Source of the DNA: Planktothricoides raciborskii GIHE-MW2 | Lineage (GTDB): Bacteria > Cyanobacteriota > Cyanobacteriia > Cyanobacteriales > Laspinemataceae | Reading direction: 5' to 3' | NCBI RefSeq assembly: GCF_040564635.1 | Contig: NZ_CP159837.1 | Span: forward strand, 227,801-291,800 | Length of the DNA stretch: 64,000 nt | In this document: piece after piece, positions 58,955 through 64,000 of the stretch | Layout of the letters: each line of letters opens with the position of its first letter | Position numbering within the stretch: the first letter of the stretch is position 1 | Notes under the pieces: generated by a model | Databases searched by the model: none | Told to the model about the DNA's origin: nothing | Seen by the model: the letters and a program-made list of their open reading frames with translations, nothing else | Translations under genes and position numbers: made by a program

Positions 58955-59575
58955 TTATTTTTTTAACCAGAAGTCAGTCACATCATAACCTAAATCAGTA
59001 ATCATCTGCCGCAGCAACGGTAAACTTAACCCAATCACGTTAGTATGACAGCCCTCAAGTTTTTCCACAAACAGTCCCCCTTGACCATCAATAGCAAAAC
59101 AACCGGCACAGTTTAGGGGTTCTCCCGTTGCCACATAAGAAACAATTTGTCGATCGCTCATGGGGGCAAAATAAACTTTGGTCACTTGGCAACGAACTAA
59201 AGTATTGCCTTTAGTTAAATCTATCAGTGCATGACCTGTGTAAAGTTCGCCCACAGAACTCCGCATTTTTTGCCAACGAGCGATCGCCACTTCGGGAGTT
59301 TCTGGTTTCCCATGAATTTCCCCATCTAATACCAACACTGAATCACATCCTAATACTAACATCGGGGAATGGTTCGGATCGTGCGGGGTAAATTCTTGGG
59401 CGACCACTTCTGCCTTACAGCGGGCTAAAGTCTCAACTAATTCACTGGGTTCATCAATCTGAACTTGTGACTCATCAAAATTACTCCGACAAACAATTGG
59501 TTCAAATCCCGCTTGTTTTAATAACATTAAGCGAGCGGGAGAAGTTGAAGCTAAAATCAACGCTGGATTCTTCAT
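58955..59575 (-). CDS. maf: Maf-like nucleoside triphosphate pyrophosphatase
   Basis: The N-terminal [14 protein letters not shown] motif is present, over 206 aa. Confidence 0.85.
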   Translation of the reverse strand: MKNPALILASTSPARLMLLKQAGFEPIVCRSNFDESQVQIDEPSELVETLARCKAEVVAQEFTPHDPNHSPMLVLGCDSVLVLDGEIHGKPETPEVAIARWQKMRSSVGELYTGHALIDLTKGNTLVRCQVTKVYFAPMSDRQIVSYVATGEPLNCAGCFAIDGQGGLFVEKLEGCHTNVIGLSLPLLRQMITDLGYDVTDFWLKK

Positions 59576-59649
59576 AATCAGTATAATCAGTTAATCGTTA
59601 ATTCTGTTACAGCGGATAGGGTGGGATTTTGCCCACCCTAATTAATCTA

Positions 59650-61227
59650 CTATTGATTTTCTTTACTTTCTTTAATCGGTCGCATAGTTGGGAACATAAT
59701 CGCATCGCGAATACTCAGGGTATTCGTGAGTAACATAATCACCCGGTCAATACCAATTCCCCAGCCCGCACAATTGGGCATTCCTAATGATAAAGCTTGG
59801 ATAAAATCTTCATCCATTGGATGCGCTTCATCATCCCCCGCTTCTCTTTGTTGCCGTTGTTGTTCAAACCGTTTGCGCTGTTCTTGGGGGTCATTCAACT
59901 CAGAAAAGCCGTTAGCAAATTCTGTGCCATTAATAAACAGTTCAAACCGTTCCACAAATCCCGGTTTGCTGCGATGAGATTTCGCCAGTGGGCTAATTTC
60001 AATGGGGAAATCAATGATAAAGGTGGGTTCAATTAAGGTGGATTCCACTAATTTATCAAAGACCCCATAGAGAACATAGCCTAAACTCTGTTTTTCTAGT
60101 CCTGATAAGTGGATTCCCAGGCTTTCCGCTTTGGCGATCGCATCCTCTAATTCTAAACAATCAAAATCTAGACCAGTTTGGTCTTTGACCGCTTCCACCA
60201 TTGTTTTAATTTGCCAATGTTTGCCGGTCAAATTGGGATATTTGGCACTATAGTCGTATGGGCGATCGAGATTAATGGTTTGACCTTGATATTCCACTGC
60301 GGTGCGATCGCCCAAAACTTGCTGTACCGTATAGGTAATCACATCTTCAATCGTCCCCATAATATCAAAATAATCCGCATAAGCCTGATAAACTTCCAGG
60401 GAAGTAAATTCTGGGTTATGGGTGCTATCAATCCCTTCGTTTCTAAATACCCGACCTAACTCATAAACCCGCTCAAAACCGCCACAAATAGCCCGTTTTA
60501 AGAATAATTCTGGAGCAATCCGTAAAAACAAATCCACATCTAAAGCATTATGATGGGTGATAAACGGTCTAGCCGCAGCCCCTCCATAAATTGCTTGCAA
60601 CACTGGAGTTTCAATTTCATAAAATTGTTGCTGATTCAGATAATTTCTAATACTCTGAATAATCCGACTCCGCATCATATACCGTTGCAAAGATTGGGGA
60701 TTTCCGGCCATATCCATTTCCCGATTGCGGCGGCAGATTTCTGGGTCGCCAACACCATAATATAAATCAGGAAAAGGAATGGTAGCTTTTGAGATCAATG
60801 TGATGCTATCTACCTGGAGAGAAAGTTCACCCCGATTCGTCCGACAAGCAATCCCTTCTGCCCCAATAAAGTCCCCTTCATCTAATAGTTTTTGAATCTG
60901 TTTGAAGCTTAAACCAGAATCTTCTTTAACCAGTTTTTTCTCGATTTTTAGTTGAAGTTTCCCACTAATATCCGTCAGGTCAATAAAGCAAATGCTGCCA
61001 CTACTGCGAAAAGAGGTAATCCGACCGGATAAGCGAATGTTTAAGCCTTCCGGATCCGCTTGACCATTTTCTAGTTCTTTTCCCGGTTGGGCGAAATGCT
61101 GGCGCACTTGCTCTGTGGTGTGAGTGCGCTGGTAAGATTGGCTAGGATAAGGTTCTATCCCTTGCGATCGCAGTTGTTCCACTTTTTGGGCGCGAACTTC
61201 TGCTTCATTGCGAGTAGTCTGAGTCAT
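59650..61227 (-). CDS. lysS: Lysine--tRNA ligase (class II)
   Basis: Class II motifs 2 and 3 (FRNEGIDSTHNPEFTSLE; GWGIGIDRVIMLLTN) and an OB-fold N-domain are present. Confidence 0.95.
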   Translation of the reverse strand: MTQTTRNEAEVRAQKVEQLRSQGIEPYPSQSYQRTHTTEQVRQHFAQPGKELENGQADPEGLNIRLSGRITSFRSSGSICFIDLTDISGKLQLKIEKKLVKEDSGLSFKQIQKLLDEGDFIGAEGIACRTNRGELSLQVDSITLISKATIPFPDLYYGVGDPEICRRNREMDMAGNPQSLQRYMMRSRIIQSIRNYLNQQQFYEIETPVLQAIYGGAAARPFITHHNALDVDLFLRIAPELFLKRAICGGFERVYELGRVFRNEGIDSTHNPEFTSLEVYQAYADYFDIMGTIEDVITYTVQQVLGDRTAVEYQGQTINLDRPYDYSAKYPNLTGKHWQIKTMVEAVKDQTGLDFDCLELEDAIAKAESLGIHLSGLEKQSLGYVLYGVFDKLVESTLIEPTFIIDFPIEISPLAKSHRSKPGFVERFELFINGTEFANGFSELNDPQEQRKRFEQQRQQREAGDDEAHPMDEDFIQALSLGMPNCAGWGIGIDRVIMLLTNTLSIRDAIMFPTMRPIKESKENQ

Positions 61228-61384
61228 GCTGTGTTTTTTTTATTTTAGAGAAACTTTCCATTATAACATACTCGGTTCCATCTGTTGGCAAAAAACAAAA
61301 GCATTCTCTTGAACCGGGGGCGGGAGAATTGATTGATCGATTGCCTGGAATGACCGCGATCGCCATTCGACAAAGGAAAGAAGA

Positions 61385-61500
61385 GAAAGAAAAGAAAAAG
61401 TAAAATGAATAAAATGAATAAAATGAATAAAATGAGTAAAATGAAGAAAATGAAGAAAACGAAAAAAATGAAAAAAATGAAAAAAATGAAAATATTGCTA
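61385..61500. repeat. Tandem 11/12-bp (AAAATGAATAA / AAAAATGAAAA) repeat array upstream of lysS
   Basis: Seen directly. It gives rise to the spurious FSFFSF ORF 61205..61555. Confidence 0.9.
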
Positions 61501-61575
61501 TAGACCGCCCTGATGGATAAATCTCAACTATCCCTGGCTTTAAAAATAAAATCAAACTACCTTTGTTAAAAAATT

Positions 61576-61803
61576 ATGCTACCTAACAATTTTTCCCAAC
61601 TGATTCCTTACATACAACCGGAACTGGAAATTTTAGAAACTTACCAAGTTACTCAGCAATTTTACCAGGAAGTGAAATATAGACAAGAGTTTGAAAGCTA
61701 TTGCCAATGGTATGAGGATACTGCCGAATTCCATCGTCAAGAATTGCAGAAAATGCGGGGGGATTTGAACTTATTCGGTTGGTTCATGCGGCAAAAATCC
61801 TGA
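61576..61803 (+). CDS. Small hypothetical protein
   Basis: The ORF has balanced composition. I recognise no family. Confidence 0.3.
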   Translation: MLPNNFSQLIPYIQPELEILETYQVTQQFYQEVKYRQEFESYCQWYEDTAEFHRQELQKMRGDLNLFGWFMRQKS

Positions 61804-61895
61804 AAAGTTTAGCAACAGTCTGGGCCCGCAAATTGCCAGGGGGCGAACTCACTCAATCGCCCCTATTTGGTATTTGGTGTTTGGCTGTCCGTTAA

Positions 61896-62132
61896 TTATG
61901 ACAATATTTCGAGTTCTTCTTCCCGAAAATGAGCTTTGAACTTTTTGTCAAATTGGACTTGTACTGGCAAGTTGGCGCTGATGGGTTTGCCTTGCCAGTC
62001 GTTTACCAAAGCCACCACTTCTCCTTCCAAACCCTTGAGGTCAAAGGCTTGATTCCGAGATTCAGGATGATGGTAAACAATCACAGATTCTTGAACACGA
62101 ACACGAACGCCTGCTTCCATAAACAAATCCAT
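61896..62132 (-). CDS. ftrV: Ferredoxin-thioredoxin reductase variable subunit
   Basis: VRVRV..SVIVYHHPE..AFDLKGLEGEV..WQGKPISANLPVQVQF..KFKAHFREEE matches the cyanobacterial FtrV pattern. Confidence 0.7.
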   Translation of the reverse strand: MDLFMEAGVRVRVQESVIVYHHPESRNQAFDLKGLEGEVVALVNDWQGKPISANLPVQVQFDKKFKAHFREEELEILS

Positions 62133-62207
62133 TAGCTAATGTATCTACAAATTTGGCTCCAAGAGGTTTGGCATTTCGGTGATGCCAACAATGTCACTCT
62201 ATCATCT

Positions 62208-62430
62208 CACATTATGTAACCACGATATGTAACCACGATATGTAACCAAGATATGTAACCACGATGAGTTTGGGGTTGAGGGGTTGGGTTTAAGGCTTTG
62301 GGTTTAAGGCTTTGGGGTTGAGGCTTTGGGGTTGAGGGGTTGGGGTTGAGGCTTTAGGGTTGAGGCTTTGGGGTTGAGGCTTTGGGGTTGAGGGGTTGGG
62401 GTTGAGGGGTTGGGGTGATGCCATCAGCGT
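62208..62430. repeat. Tandem arrays: 13-bp ATATGTAACCACG x4, then (GGGGTTGAG[GCTTT])n about 10 copies
   Basis: Seen directly. Confidence 0.9.
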
Positions 62431-62705
62431 AACTTGATCGCCTACTCCTTTGACCCTAAACAAAGGCAAAGAGCCTAAAAAAACTGTTAAATTTTATGAA
62501 GTTTACCAAGTTGATCGCCTCAAATGGTAAAGAAGGATCGTCAAGGAAATATGCTGGAGTGAAAGCGGGCAAAGGATATCGACCGGGCTGTACCAGCAAC
62601 TTCTTCACCTTTGGCCAAGATGTAAATTCTGTCACACTCTCTGGGTGAAAAAGTGCTATCACATAAATATAAATCAAAAATAATAAATAGCTTGGCGAGG
62701 TCGCT

Positions 62706-63059
62706 ATGTCATCATATACATTCGACATTTTAGGAGTTTCTCCTCTATTAGATTTTTTCACACAACAGGAAAAAATTAAGGAAAAAACTGCTCATCTCGA
62801 TTTGGAATATTTAGGTAGCTATACCTGCACCCTGGATAGTTTCCTCTCCTCGGTGGAAAGCGTTTCATTGTATAAAAACTGGCAAAGAGATAAAGTGTTG
62901 GATACGGTGATTAATTTCTGGATGAAAAACGGCGAAAGTATTGAGTATTGGACTGAACGGTTACACGATGCTGGGGCTGAAAACCTTTTGGTGGCACGAG
63001 TTGGTGATATTCAGGGTTTAAAGTACACTTTTGAGTCTTTGATGAATTCTAGCCTGTAA
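62706..63059 (+). CDS. Hypothetical protein
   Basis: A 117-aa ORF. I recognise no family. Confidence 0.35.
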   Translation: MSSYTFDILGVSPLLDFFTQQEKIKEKTAHLDLEYLGSYTCTLDSFLSSVESVSLYKNWQRDKVLDTVINFWMKNGESIEYWTERLHDAGAENLLVARVGDIQGLKYTFESLMNSSL

Positions 63060-63575
63060 CATCATTATTGAAGAGATTTTGGCTCAAACACGAGCAAGTT
63101 TCCCTCCAACCCAATTGGTATGGAGGGTTTTTTTGTTCCCTTTTTCTCAAATCCAAGCAAATGGTAATCGGTGGGCTGATTTTAGCCCATGGGCGATCGC
63201 CCATTACCGGGAAAGACCTTGGCACTGGGTTGATTCCCCTGACCACGGGGGTCAATCATCCAGGCCGCCGCTGAATTGTTCCGGTCTTAACCAGGTCGCT
63301 CGATCTGACCCTTGATGAAATCTAGAAAATTTGTTGCAAAAATTTATACAATAATAACCCAGTTTTTTATACAATGAGAGCATAACAAGAGATTAAGTCA
63401 ATTATCTCAGTGATGAACAGCACAGAGGAAATTGACCTAGATCACATTGTCCAGAAACATCAACAAAAAACTATTGATAGATTACCAGAATCTTGATCTG
63501 AAGAGATTGATCGCCTCCGGTAATGCAAAAAATGTTTTAAAGTAATAATATTAGGAGTTGAGAGTGGGAGTGAGT

Positions 63576-64000
63576 ATGAAGTTTGGGAACTGGGCGATCG
63601 CGGTACTAATCGGCACAATCTCTGTAGGGACTCCGGCTAAAGCCGAAAATCCCGCAGATCTGCAACAATTACTAGAAACCAAGCAATGTAGCAGATGTGA
63701 TTTAAGCGGGGCAAATTTAGCCGGGGTGGATTTACAAGGCGCCAACTTGGAAGAAGCCAATCTCAGTGGCACAAACCTAGAAGGCGCAAACCTGAATCAA
63801 GCGAATTTAATCCGAGCCAATTTGACCGACGCGAAATTAATCCGAGCCAGCCTGATTGCCGCTAAACTGCATGGTGCAAACATGGAACGGGCTAATTTAA
63901 TTGCCGCGAATTTAACTTTAGCCGGGTTGGTAATTACTCGCTTGAATTATGCCAACCTGACCTCGGCGAATCTGGTTGGGGCGAATCTAGAAAGTGCCGA
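63576..64000 (+). CDS. Secreted pentapeptide-repeat protein (3' end beyond window)
   Basis: A GGAG RBS precedes the ATG at 63576. A signal peptide is followed by A(N/D)LxG pentapeptide repeats, and the ORF stays open to the window end. Confidence 0.75.
   Translation, partial: MKFGNWAIAVLIGTISVGTPAKAENPADLQQLLETKQCSRCDLSGANLAGVDLQGANLEEANLSGTNLEGANLNQANLIRANLTDAKLIRASLIAAKLHGANMERANLIAANLTLAGLVITRLNYANLTSANLVGANLESA

Noticed and set aside
61205-61555. A 116-aa ORF with an FSFFSF repeat.
   Set aside because: It is a translation of the AAAATGAAAAA tandem array upstream of lysS.
62456-62761. A 101-aa minus-strand ORF.
   Set aside because: It has unusual hydrophobic low-complexity composition, overlaps the start of a + strand ORF, and has no recognisable features, so it was left uncalled.

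Overview
This 64 kb window is cyanobacterial chromosome. The octamer GCGATCGC (HIP1) appears throughout, and there are pentapeptide-repeat proteins, a PatA-type chemotaxis-like cluster, cytochrome c6, FtrV and many Uma2/CHAT-type genes. Core housekeeping genes are interleaved with an accessory load. I recognise phosphoenolpyruvate carboxylase (ppc), anthranilate synthase II (trpG-like), dgkA, ybeY, prfB (programmed +1 frameshift, missed by the ORF track), murF, a CAX Ca2+/H+ antiporter, a GH57 glycoside hydrolase, maf, lysS, cytochrome c6 and a galU-like gene. The accessory content is a group II intron whose RT-maturase is frameshifted, with an IS630-family insertion sequence landed in its 3' end; a degraded nucleotidyl-cyclase gene fragment beside it; an IS200/IS605-type TnpB element plus a solo copy of its right-end hairpin elsewhere; a VapBC toxin-antitoxin pair; a truncated type IIG-like N6-adenine methyltransferase at the window edge; a decayed integrative element (integrase fragment, iteron-like repeats, XRE switch, truncated Toprim/P-loop replication gene); tandem Uma2 duplicates; and several dispersed MITE-like and heptanucleotide repeat families. 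The most striking feature is an 874-aa homologue of the eukaryotic major vault protein (MVP), with near-identical sequence blocks to animal MVP as I recall it. It is flanked by triple-palindrome MITE-like elements. Upstream on the same strand is an overlapping nucleotidyltransferase-like/XRE-HTH gene pair, and a VapBC pair sits on the other side (opposite strand). I found no CRISPR arrays or tRNA/rRNA genes.
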